From: Candidatus Thorarchaeota archaeon
Lineage (GTDB): Archaea; Asgardarchaeota; Thorarchaeia; Thorarchaeales; Thorarchaeaceae
DNA length: 64,000 bases
Assembly: GCA_029855935.1 (NCBI GenBank)
Contig: JAGSHN010000025.1
Location: 128,001-192,000 of the forward strand
Direction of reading: 5' to 3'
The translations under genes were made by a program, and so were the position numbers. The notes under the pieces were generated by a model. The model saw only the letters and a list, made by a program, of their open reading frames with translations. It was not told the DNA's origin and made no database searches. This document shows positions 31,977 through 42,986 of this stretch, piece after piece. Every line of letters begins with the position of its first letter. Position 1 is the stretch's first letter.

Positions 31977-32405
31977 GTGGCAGAGAAGCCAGTAGCACAG
32001 TTCTGGAGAAAGATCAGGTCGGTCTACAATATCGTCGGTACGCACTGCAAGACCTGCGGCGAGTACTACTTCCCGCCGAGGCCAGTCTGCCCGAACTGCA
32101 GGCGGAAAGGCGAGCTGGAGGAGTACAAGTTCAAGGGACTCGGCAAGGTCTACACCTTCTCTGTGGTCCGTCAGGCGCCGCCGGAGTTCAAGCGTCAGGT
32201 GCCCTACGTGATAGCGCAGGTGGAACTGGATGAGGGTCCCCGTCTGACGGCGCAGATTGTCAATTGTGACCCCGAGGACGTACACATCGGGATGCGCGTC
32301 AGAGCGTGTTTCAGGAAGATCCGCGAGATGGGTGGCGGTGGCATCATCGTCTACGGCTACAAGTTCGAGCCCACCATGAAGGTCACCGGCCACAACAAGG
32401 AGTGA
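31977..32405 (+). CDS. DUF35 Zn-ribbon/OB-fold scaffold of the thiolase-HMGCS complex
   Basis: CKTCG..YFPPR.VCPNC, YGYKF; canonical gene context. Confidence 0.92.
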   Translation: MAEKPVAQFWRKIRSVYNIVGTHCKTCGEYYFPPRPVCPNCRRKGELEEYKFKGLGKVYTFSVVRQAPPEFKRQVPYVIAQVELDEGPRLTAQIVNCDPEDVHIGMRVRACFRKIREMGGGGIIVYGYKFEPTMKVTGHNKE

Positions 32406-33107
32406 TCAGTCGTCGGTCCACAGCTCAAGTTGCGTGATCCTCCCGGTGGCAGGGAGCGACACGTTGCGTACGAGCGTACCATCAATCCAGGCCTCGTGTA
32501 CCACGGAGTTGTGCGCGTGACCGTGGATCACGAGGTCTGGACTCTCTCTTCTTATCAGCTCCTCAAACCTACGGCTCCATGTCCACGGTACTACTCGCTC
32601 CGGCTCGCCTCGGCAAGTCGCCAGACAGGGGCTGTAATGCATCAGCAGAATCACCCTGTCCACAGACGGGCGGATACGCTGTAGTAGAGACTCAGCACGC
32701 CTTGCCCGACGCTCAAACTCTGTTCTCACACGCGGGATGTTCCGCCGTTGCCAGCTCGTCGGCTCGGTGAGAGACCCCTGCGTGCCGACTATTCCAATAC
32801 GGATGCCTCTTATAGTGAGGATGAGGTCGCGTTCGTCGAGCATCACGACGTGATCTCTCACGCGTGAGGCTATTGCCTTTCGCAATTCAGTGTACTCCTG
32901 GTTGCCGTAGCAGCCGACAATGGGAAAGGCCGTGCCGAGCCGATCGCGAATCATAGAAACGACTGCCGCAAACTCCTCCGGAACGCCCTGGTCAACAATG
33001 TCTCCGGCCAGTAGGAAGAGATCTGGCGGGCTGCAGTCGTTCAGTGCTCTACCAAACTCGCCCAGATAGCGCGGACTGTGTACATCGCCAACGGCTGCGA
33101 TCTTCAT
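32406..33107 (-). CDS. Calcineurin-like metallophosphoesterase
   Basis: GDVH, AGDIVD, GNQE, MHY, HGHAH. Confidence 0.88.
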   Translation of the reverse strand: MKIAAVGDVHSPRYLGEFGRALNDCSPPDLFLLAGDIVDQGVPEEFAAVVSMIRDRLGTAFPIVGCYGNQEYTELRKAIASRVRDHVVMLDERDLILTIRGIRIGIVGTQGSLTEPTSWQRRNIPRVRTEFERRARRAESLLQRIRPSVDRVILLMHYSPCLATCRGEPERVVPWTWSRRFEELIRRESPDLVIHGHAHNSVVHEAWIDGTLVRNVSLPATGRITQLELWTDD

Positions 33108-33191
33108 AGCCTCTACTCGTGTGACTTTTGGTCAAGTCACTGAAACATTGATTTAAGCGTTGGGTGCCAGAGATGGCAGTGTGCATCGGCA

Positions 33192-34184
33192 ATGACCGGG
33201 TCCTGGGCGCTCAATCTGTTCGACAGGTTCCATCTGGGCCACCAAGTACTCATTGAGAGGCTCCTTGAGTTGCCGGAGCCAAGGACTGCCTGTGTGGTGG
33301 AGGGGGAGTTTGTCGGACACAACCTTGAGCTGCCCCAGCTCATACAGCCCATCGACCTACGTGTCAAGAACCTCAAGCGGTATCTTGCTGAGACCGACGG
33401 TGGCGACACAATTGACGTTGTCACGATGTCGCAGTTCGACGACCTGTTGCGGATTGAGGGTTCCACGACGTTCCTGGTGTTTCAGGGGCCCTGCTGTGCA
33501 GAGATTGACGAACTGGGTCTTGCGAGACGTCAGCAGGTACTCGGCACGGAGGATGAGAGAGTGTATCTCAAGCCGGTCATGGCACGAGATGGTGGCAAGC
33601 TCTCGTCCGCACGCATCAGGCTCGGCGAGATAGACAGAGAGGGCCGAAGACTGAAGGGAACTGACGAGCCACCACGACGGCTCCCCGAGACCGGTAGAGG
33701 GTCTCTCAAGACGCCCAAGGGAATCCTGTTTGACGTCTGTGACGGCCCGCCGGAGGCACGTGTCGGGCAACGACTTGAGGAGGAGAAACCACCTGTCGTG
33801 ATAGCGGTTGGAGACGTCACCAGTACGACTCTCCTCGATGTCGGGGTCCAGCCAGACGTGTGCATCGTCGATGGGGCCACAAAGAGAGGGGCCTTTGAGA
33901 GAGAAGTGCGGACGCGTGAGAGGTTTGTCATATACAACCCGCCAGCCACAATCTATCCGGAGGCATGGTCAACGATTGCCACAGCCATCGAGTGCGATGC
34001 TCCGGCCGTCATTGCTGTGGAGGGCGAGGAGGATCTACTCGGCTTTCCTGCGGTACTGCTCGCTCCTGAGGATGCCGTGATGCTGTACGGTCAGCCTGAC
34101 CGCGGCATTGTATGGGTACCCGTCAACACAGATAGCAAGGCTGCAGCGAGGGCACTCCTTGAGCAGATGCCCGTCATCGAATGA
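33192..34184 (+). CDS. Phosphopantetheine adenylyltransferase-like domain fused to GTP-dependent dephospho-CoA kinase (DUF359)
   Basis: FDRFHLGH and KLSSARIR (HxGH nucleotidyltransferase); VGDVT, IVDGATKR, VEGEEDLL and YGQP (DUF359). Confidence 0.85.
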   Translation: MTGSWALNLFDRFHLGHQVLIERLLELPEPRTACVVEGEFVGHNLELPQLIQPIDLRVKNLKRYLAETDGGDTIDVVTMSQFDDLLRIEGSTTFLVFQGPCCAEIDELGLARRQQVLGTEDERVYLKPVMARDGGKLSSARIRLGEIDREGRRLKGTDEPPRRLPETGRGSLKTPKGILFDVCDGPPEARVGQRLEEEKPPVVIAVGDVTSTTLLDVGVQPDVCIVDGATKRGAFEREVRTRERFVIYNPPATIYPEAWSTIATAIECDAPAVIAVEGEEDLLGFPAVLLAPEDAVMLYGQPDRGIVWVPVNTDSKAAARALLEQMPVIE

Positions 34185-35703
34185 AGACCCCTCTCATAGC
34201 CTCAGGTATCTGACCGATACAGTCGGTAGCAGTGATATGATCACCGAGCTGGGAATGCGCAATCTCTCCGGCAAGTCCCGAGATGAAGGCCGCAGCAGAT
34301 GCCGCAAGAAAGGCACCGCGCCCTCGGGCGAGAAGTGCGGCACAGATTCCGGTCAGCACATCACCAGTGCCTCCAACTGTCATCGCAGGGACACCAGTCT
34401 TGTTCAACTTGTGCCTGCCGTCCGGTGATGCAATCACATCAATGGGACCCTTGAGCAGAACCGTTGAGTTGTACTCACGTGCACCTTGAACTGCGTGCTC
34501 GACTCTGTTGTCAATATCGTCCGCCGGGCCGAGATCGTCTCCGAGGAGTATGCCCAGCTCGCCCCAGTGTGGTGTGAGAATCACCGTCTCCGGGTCGAGT
34601 CTCAGACCGGATCCGGCAATTGCCTTAAGACCGTCAGCGTCTATCACCATCAATGTCCCCTCAGCCGTCAGCGTGCCCACAATCTGTCTGACAGCCCGCA
34701 CGGTCGTATCATCTCTCCCCAGCCCGGGTCCAATCGCCACCACATCGTTGGCCCTCGCCGCATCCAGAACCACATCCACGCAATCTGGACTGAGAACTGT
34801 CGTGCCCGTACTGCGGACCATCAGATTGGGGCTGAACGATCTGATGGCCCCAACAACAGGCTCGGGAGCAACCACACTCACGAGGTCCGCGCCCGTACGC
34901 AGTGCGCCAAGCGCCGAGAGAGCAGGCGCGCCCGAGAATACATTGCTCCCGCCCACCACGAGAACTCGTCCGTAGTCCCCCTTCTTTGACATCGATTTGC
35001 GAGGTCTGTTGAAGACCCAGAGGTCGCCGTCTCCGCATATCGTGTACGCCTCCGGAGGGATTCCAATAGGTACCACGACGAGCTCACCGACATACTCGCC
35101 TGCCTTCAGCAGTCCCGGCTTTGGAGCGTGAAGTGTGATTGTGACATCAGCCCGCACGGCCTCACCAAGTACCTCTCCACTGTCTGCATTGATCCCGGTG
35201 GGGACATCAATGGCGTACTTCCGGCCGCCTGCAGCATTAAAGGCACGCACCGCGGACAGAATGGGCTCTCTGAGAGGCGAACGCAGACCAAAGCCGAGCA
35301 TAGCGTCGACAAGAATATCAGCAGCCCTCAGGGCCTCACAGTCTCGGACAGCGCTCTCCGTGCGGAGGGTGTGAACAGGGATACCGTCCAGATTCTTCAG
35401 AATGCTCCAGTTGAATCGCGTGTCCTCGCTTGAGATGCTGTGTTCCGACCCGATGAGATAGACGTCCACTGTCGCCCCTGCCTCGTGGAGATGCCTTGCC
35501 GCCACCATCCCGTCGCCACCGTTGCCACCACCGCCACATAGGATGACTACCCTCTTCCTGTCGACACCCTTCTCGTGATCCGTGACTACGCGAGCGACCT
35601 CGCGGCCCGCTGCCTGCATCAACATACTAAGGCTCACTCCGAGGTACTGGGCGTTAAGCTCGAGGACTCGCATCTCAAGAGTTGACAGTGGTTCCTTCTG
35701 CAC
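34174..35703 (-). CDS. nnr: Bifunctional NAD(P)HX epimerase/dehydratase
   Basis: GGNGGDG, DAMLGFG, DVPTG, KGDYGRVLVVGGS, TPHWGE, GGTGDVL; GTG start after GAGGTGA. Confidence 0.92.
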   Translation of the reverse strand: MQKEPLSTLEMRVLELNAQYLGVSLSMLMQAAGREVARVVTDHEKGVDRKRVVILCGGGGNGGDGMVAARHLHEAGATVDVYLIGSEHSISSEDTRFNWSILKNLDGIPVHTLRTESAVRDCEALRAADILVDAMLGFGLRSPLREPILSAVRAFNAAGGRKYAIDVPTGINADSGEVLGEAVRADVTITLHAPKPGLLKAGEYVGELVVVPIGIPPEAYTICGDGDLWVFNRPRKSMSKKGDYGRVLVVGGSNVFSGAPALSALGALRTGADLVSVVAPEPVVGAIRSFSPNLMVRSTGTTVLSPDCVDVVLDAARANDVVAIGPGLGRDDTTVRAVRQIVGTLTAEGTLMVIDADGLKAIAGSGLRLDPETVILTPHWGELGILLGDDLGPADDIDNRVEHAVQGAREYNSTVLLKGPIDVIASPDGRHKLNKTGVPAMTVGGTGDVLTGICAALLARGRGAFLAASAAAFISGLAGEIAHSQLGDHITATDCIGQIPEAMRGVFIR

Positions 35704-35943
35704 AGGTATCACCTCGCTCGTACCACATCCGAACTCACACTGTCTAATGAACCCTTTCGACACGTCTGACGACGGAGTGCCCGTAGCACGACCGGACAAT
35801 TCCCTGAGACCTTGTGAATGGAAGAGGACAGGATGAGAGAGGACCGGAGAGTACATGGGGGGTCACGATAGAAGAGAGAGGAGGACGCTAGCTATGAATG
35901 CCAGCGCCCATCGACCTATGTACAGCGACCTGTACAAGTGCTG

Positions 35944-38216
<2,273 letters not shown>

Positions 38217-38321
38217 CAAGCTACGCCTCGCGCCCTTGTGACGCCGCGTGGGCCGACTTGAGGCGGTCATAAAGGTTTGGGTACCCACCTAATATCAGAA
38301 GCGCAATGGTTGCACAGACGC

Positions 38322-40049
38322 CTAGAAGACGGCACGGACAGTGTTCAGTACAAGACCCACGAGATCCCTTGCCCGAGAGACCCTGATGACCGTCGCGCCC
38401 GCCTTGGTCAGAAGGGCCATCGACGGAGGATCAGAGCCCTCATCAAGCCATATGTGGAACACGAACAGGCTATGGCCGCGCTGTGTCAACCTCCTCACGC
38501 AGCGGACCATCTCTCCCCAGTTAGAGACTTCAGCGTCCGTGACCATCAGCACGACGGTCCTGTGCTCTGAGAGCAGACCCATCGTTTCGATTGCCTCGGC
38601 GGGAAGGACAGTGCCCTCCCCTTGGTACCTGAGCAGCACACGTTCGAGCAGGCTTCGTTCCCTCGTCCATCTCGTCTCAATCCAGTCTGAGGAGAAGTTG
38701 ATGACAGCAACCCTGGACCCGCGACGCAACACATAGTCGATTGCGGCAAAGGCGGATAGGAGAGCAAGATGAAATGCTCCCGAGAGCGAGGAGGTCCTGA
38801 CATTCCAGGTCATCGAGCCACTGGAGTCAAGCACAAGCAGAAGGTCTGGGAGGACCTTGGCCTCCGTGTCGGAATAGGACTCTACCCGGTGCCACCTCCG
38901 CGTTGATAGGTTCGGTATGAGGACGGGAAATGCCTGCAACGACTGGACCACATCAAGCTCCTCAATTGGATCACCAATCCGCCATACAATCGGAGCTAGC
39001 GGCAGGGCACCAGTGTGGCTACGCTCTCGTATCTCAAGCCTGACTAGCTCGCGAGCAAGGGCACGATACCAGAAACGGAGCCAGTCACGGCCTGAACCAG
39101 TGACCCCGCGCAGTACCATGGCCGCGCGAAAGTCCTCAAGATTGCCACCACGTTCTCTGATACTCGCAGCAGTGGCCTCAATCTCGGCCTCACTGGCGCG
39201 ACGCAACGGGTCTGTGCATTCTCTCACACGCTCGCCGTTGCGAATCTCGACGGGACTGCCCATCACCCTGTCTACATCTTGTGGGACACGAACAACATCC
39301 TCCTTGCCCTCACCACGCCACGGCAGGCGCACCATCTTGATGCTCTCGCCCGAGCCGCTGCCCGGCAGGCCCTCTTCCCCTGAAGTCCCCCCGAGTCTGG
39401 CAATGATCTGAGCAATCTTTTCGACTGCCAAGGGCCATCTGCGTTCACGATGACGATACTGGCGGAACACCTCCACAATCTCGGAGGCTGCAGCCAAGAT
39501 GTCTCTACCGAGCTTCACGGACTCCGGAACGGGGAGACCCCACTGGACTCGGTAGGTCGCCACGATGAGCGACCAGAGGACTGACCGCTGGGCGCCCTTC
39601 ATTGCGGAATAGTAGACCGAGTGTACGATCCGATTGTGGGTCAGACGAGGATACTGCTCAAGAAGTAGGGAGTCGACGACGAGGTCCGCGAACAGGTTAC
39701 ACGCGAACATAGCGGTCTCGTCATTCAGATGTCGTCGGGCACGGGAGAACATCATCGCACTGGTCACGTTGTCATAAGGACAGGTCAGGTAGTGCTGCAG
39801 CTCATGATGGCACACTGACCTGACAAAGGCGAAGGTCTCTTCGCTCGTCAGATAGTCGGGGACACTAGCGAGGTTGAGATGGACAGTCCACGTCTCGGTG
39901 TCGATGTAAAAGTGGCTGGGACGCTCGTCGTCGATGTCTATGACAGGGTCAGGGACAGGCGGCGAGTACAGGTCAGCCAGTGCCCGTGACCACGCACGCT
40001 CTGCGACCTCTATGATATGAGGCATGCCAGATCTGCTGTCGGACACCAT
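38322..40049 (-). CDS. vWA-domain protein with N-terminal HExxH zincin-like domain
   Basis: HHELQH; MIDAS LVLDSSGSM...GEGT...VTDAE; TGATG coupling to the upstream ATPase. Confidence 0.8.
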   Translation of the reverse strand: MVSDSRSGMPHIIEVAERAWSRALADLYSPPVPDPVIDIDDERPSHFYIDTETWTVHLNLASVPDYLTSEETFAFVRSVCHHELQHYLTCPYDNVTSAMMFSRARRHLNDETAMFACNLFADLVVDSLLLEQYPRLTHNRIVHSVYYSAMKGAQRSVLWSLIVATYRVQWGLPVPESVKLGRDILAAASEIVEVFRQYRHRERRWPLAVEKIAQIIARLGGTSGEEGLPGSGSGESIKMVRLPWRGEGKEDVVRVPQDVDRVMGSPVEIRNGERVRECTDPLRRASEAEIEATAASIRERGGNLEDFRAAMVLRGVTGSGRDWLRFWYRALARELVRLEIRERSHTGALPLAPIVWRIGDPIEELDVVQSLQAFPVLIPNLSTRRWHRVESYSDTEAKVLPDLLLVLDSSGSMTWNVRTSSLSGAFHLALLSAFAAIDYVLRRGSRVAVINFSSDWIETRWTRERSLLERVLLRYQGEGTVLPAEAIETMGLLSEHRTVVLMVTDAEVSNWGEMVRCVRRLTQRGHSLFVFHIWLDEGSDPPSMALLTKAGATVIRVSRARDLVGLVLNTVRAVF

Positions 40050-41803
40050 CAACGCCTCGCTACTTGTCCCAGTCCCTCCTCAATTATCCTCCTCAGTCTG
40101 ATTGCAGGAGTACCACCCGACACCTCAAGAAACACGGATGAGTCCGGTGAATCGCCAGTGACATAGATGACCAGGGTCAGTTGATCCATTCGAATGACAC
40201 GTCGCTTGGGCGGATGTAGGGTCTCCTTTAGGAAGGGCGTCATCTCGGGGAATGCCATACTGATGGTCGTCCACAGCTCACTCCAACGACGGAAGTCAAG
40301 GGTGTACTGCGACAGCGTAAGCCTGTGAAGGGCATCCGAGACCCGGCCAATCAGGGCGGCGCGGTTCGGTATTGTAGATGACCGTACAAGTTCCGCATAC
40401 ACCTTTGAGAGCCTCTTGACATCACCTGCAGCAATAGCAGCATCAATACGATGCACCATCTTCTCGTACGAGGCCTGTATCATCTTCTTTGCCACAGGGA
40501 GATAGTCGAGTCTGACCAGTAGATCGCTCTTGGCAATCTCCTGGAGTTTCTGGATGTCATCACGAGACCCATCACCCGTCTGTAGGCGGGCCATTATCTT
40601 ACGGGCTGGCTCCCGGGCCACGAATCGGGCAGTGGCCAGCTCCACAAGGTGGCACGTGAACTCGTATCTGTCACCATAGAAGGGCGATGCAGCCAGCCGG
40701 TCACGTACAAAGCGGGTGCGATGCCAGAAGACGAGCGGTGCAATCGACTTGACGATGTCCACACTCACTTCATCCGCACCGACAAGCCACGCTAGCGCCT
40801 TGCTGTAACGATTCAGGTCCTTTGCAGCCCTGACGCTGAGTGGGATGACCACTTTGTTGCATACCGTCTTGGCGATGTTGTAGTGACATCCATCACAGAG
40901 TCCCGAGTCAACTGTCAGCTCTCCAGACTGGCTCTTGTCGACACGCACACAGGCGTCGAACTCCCTCACCAATGACCGTATGTACTCGGAGGCCCCGTGC
41001 GATACCGCCATCTTATCCGCAAGATTCCAGATTGTGAGGAGGTCCTCCTCTGTCAGGATCCCCGGCACCTGCCAGAGCTCGTCGTAGCCGAAGAGCCTCT
41101 CATCACGGGTACCCAGGATGATCTCAAGGTCAGAGATTCGAGGCATTGTTATTGGTACGGCAAGGCCAAACCTGTCGAGAAAGGGTGGCGCCAGCTCAAA
41201 GGTCCCCGAGTCGGTTGGATTCATAGTGGCAAACAGGCAGTATTCCTCGCATCGGCGCACCTCATCATAGTACTTGAGTTCGCCCTCCGCAAGCATCGAC
41301 AGGAGTATGTTCTGTGCATGCGGAGTGAGACGATTGACCTCATCGACTATTTTCCAGAAGTCCGTTACAAACCGCCGCCAAACAACAACCTCGCGACCCT
41401 CCTTCATCAACGGGCCAGGACGAAGCGTCGCCACCATCTTCTCCTCGGTCAGCTGTGGGTGTCCACGGAGAATGGCATCCTCGATCTCGGCTATGCTCCG
41501 CCCCGTCATCATCCGGCCAAGGAGTTTCACAAGGGTGGTCTTGCCGCCGCCGTGGCCTCCAACAAGCAGCATCGCAGAGCGAGGGACCAGGGCATTAAGA
41601 ACACAGCTACCAGCAATGAGCGGCAGTCGAATCGACTTCGCACGACCCGCTCCCGCTGGCTGATACTTCACGGTCAGCTCCCCGGAGTGAACGAACAGGC
41701 CGTGGCTCTCGACCGTCGTGATGACCTCCATCACCTTGCGCCTCAGCTGTTCGTTCCTGCTGACCATTGCGATCACATCGCGTACTCTTATCGGAGTCTC
41801 CAT
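40049..41803 (-). CDS. MoxR-family AAA+ ATPase
   Basis: Walker A GGHGGGKT, Walker B IVDEVNR, ATMNP, FLDRFG, SVRA; Cys-rich insert. Confidence 0.85.
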   Translation of the reverse strand: METPIRVRDVIAMVSRNEQLRRKVMEVITTVESHGLFVHSGELTVKYQPAGAGRAKSIRLPLIAGSCVLNALVPRSAMLLVGGHGGGKTTLVKLLGRMMTGRSIAEIEDAILRGHPQLTEEKMVATLRPGPLMKEGREVVVWRRFVTDFWKIVDEVNRLTPHAQNILLSMLAEGELKYYDEVRRCEEYCLFATMNPTDSGTFELAPPFLDRFGLAVPITMPRISDLEIILGTRDERLFGYDELWQVPGILTEEDLLTIWNLADKMAVSHGASEYIRSLVREFDACVRVDKSQSGELTVDSGLCDGCHYNIAKTVCNKVVIPLSVRAAKDLNRYSKALAWLVGADEVSVDIVKSIAPLVFWHRTRFVRDRLAASPFYGDRYEFTCHLVELATARFVAREPARKIMARLQTGDGSRDDIQKLQEIAKSDLLVRLDYLPVAKKMIQASYEKMVHRIDAAIAAGDVKRLSKVYAELVRSSTIPNRAALIGRVSDALHRLTLSQYTLDFRRWSELWTTISMAFPEMTPFLKETLHPPKRRVIRMDQLTLVIYVTGDSPDSSVFLEVSGGTPAIRLRRIIEEGLGQVARR

Positions 41804-41875
41804 TCTGCCTTATGGTTGATGCGGTGAACGCGCCAAAGAGTGCCCCGCCCGAAGATGTAATAAACGTAGATTCCG

Positions 41876-42982
41876 ATGCCGGATGAAGGGCAGGTACCTA
41901 CAGTGGGCGAAGAGACCTCATTTGCTGACGCGATAAGGCTGGTGTCGCGGGAGGACATCAGTCCCAGTGGACTAGCACAGCGGTCAGTCGTCGAGATGGC
42001 AGAGTCTGTAGCCGAGGTCATTTCTGGCACCCTAGCCGCACGAGAGCAACTCGAGCAATTGGGCCTCTCCCCATGCACAAGGATACTATTCACGGGCCCC
42101 GTAGGAACGGACTTTGAGGACTTTGTCCTCTCTGTCTGCAGAGAGATGTCGCTGAATCTCGTAAGACTTCGAGTCGAGAGAACATTGCAATACGAGAGAG
42201 AGTTTGACACACTTGTTGCAGCAGCACTGGACACTGCACGCAGAGAGGCACCAGCCCTCCTGCACATCTCGTCACTGCATCTCTTGAGGGCCGTTGGAGA
42301 ACGTTCTGAGGTCCTTCTCCGAGAACAGCTGGCACAGTCGTCTATGGATAGCCAGTCTCTCGTCGTCATTGTGGGCACCACTCACAGGCCACAGGATCTC
42401 GACCCACAGACCCTGCTTGCCTTCGACAGAGTGTTGTGCGTCGGTCCCCCGGACGGAGAGGACCGGCAGAGTCTGCTCGTCCAGGCCCTTGCGTCACACG
42501 AGGACATTGATATTCCTCGTCTCGTAGACCTCACCGACGGGTGGTCCTACGCGTCACTCAGACATCTTGTTGCGGCCGTATTGGCAGAGGGCGGAGAGTC
42601 GGGCGAGGCGCCATCCATAGACCGCATCGAGAAGATGATAGAGGAGGGGCTGTTCGTCCCAGTTCTTGCCACAGGCAGCACAACCGAACTGGAAAAGAGG
42701 CTTGTCGGCGGGGGACGGGGGATCACACACGTCATTGAGGAGGTGTATCCTGATGACCTCCTCGACCAGCTCTACCTGATGGTCGTTACGGAGGACTATG
42801 GGACAGCACAGCAAGTCATCGAGGCCCTAAACGAGGGACTCCCGCTCTCTGATGAGCAGGTGAGGTTCCTCAACCGTTTTCCGTTTCTCCTCTCAGGAGA
42901 GCCCCGTGAGAGGCTCGCCCGTCTGATAAGGGCGAAGAAGAATAGAGACCGTCTGATGCGCGTGATGGGAAGGGAGGAATGA
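41876..42982 (+). CDS. Degenerate (probably inactive) CDC48/classic-clade AAA domain protein
   Basis: LGLSPCTRILFTGPVGTDFE, APALLHISSL, GTTHRPQDLDP, FDRVLCVGPPD, LTDGWSYASL. Confidence 0.75.
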   Translation: MPDEGQVPTVGEETSFADAIRLVSREDISPSGLAQRSVVEMAESVAEVISGTLAAREQLEQLGLSPCTRILFTGPVGTDFEDFVLSVCREMSLNLVRLRVERTLQYEREFDTLVAAALDTARREAPALLHISSLHLLRAVGERSEVLLREQLAQSSMDSQSLVVIVGTTHRPQDLDPQTLLAFDRVLCVGPPDGEDRQSLLVQALASHEDIDIPRLVDLTDGWSYASLRHLVAAVLAEGGESGEAPSIDRIEKMIEEGLFVPVLATGSTTELEKRLVGGGRGITHVIEEVYPDDLLDQLYLMVVTEDYGTAQQVIEALNEGLPLSDEQVRFLNRFPFLLSGEPRERLARLIRAKKNRDRLMRVMGREE

Positions 42983-42986
42983 CTGA

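Noticed and set aside
29752-32405. HMGCS-thiolase-DUF35 cluster as a novel system
   Set aside because: This is a well-described, widespread archaeal channeling complex.
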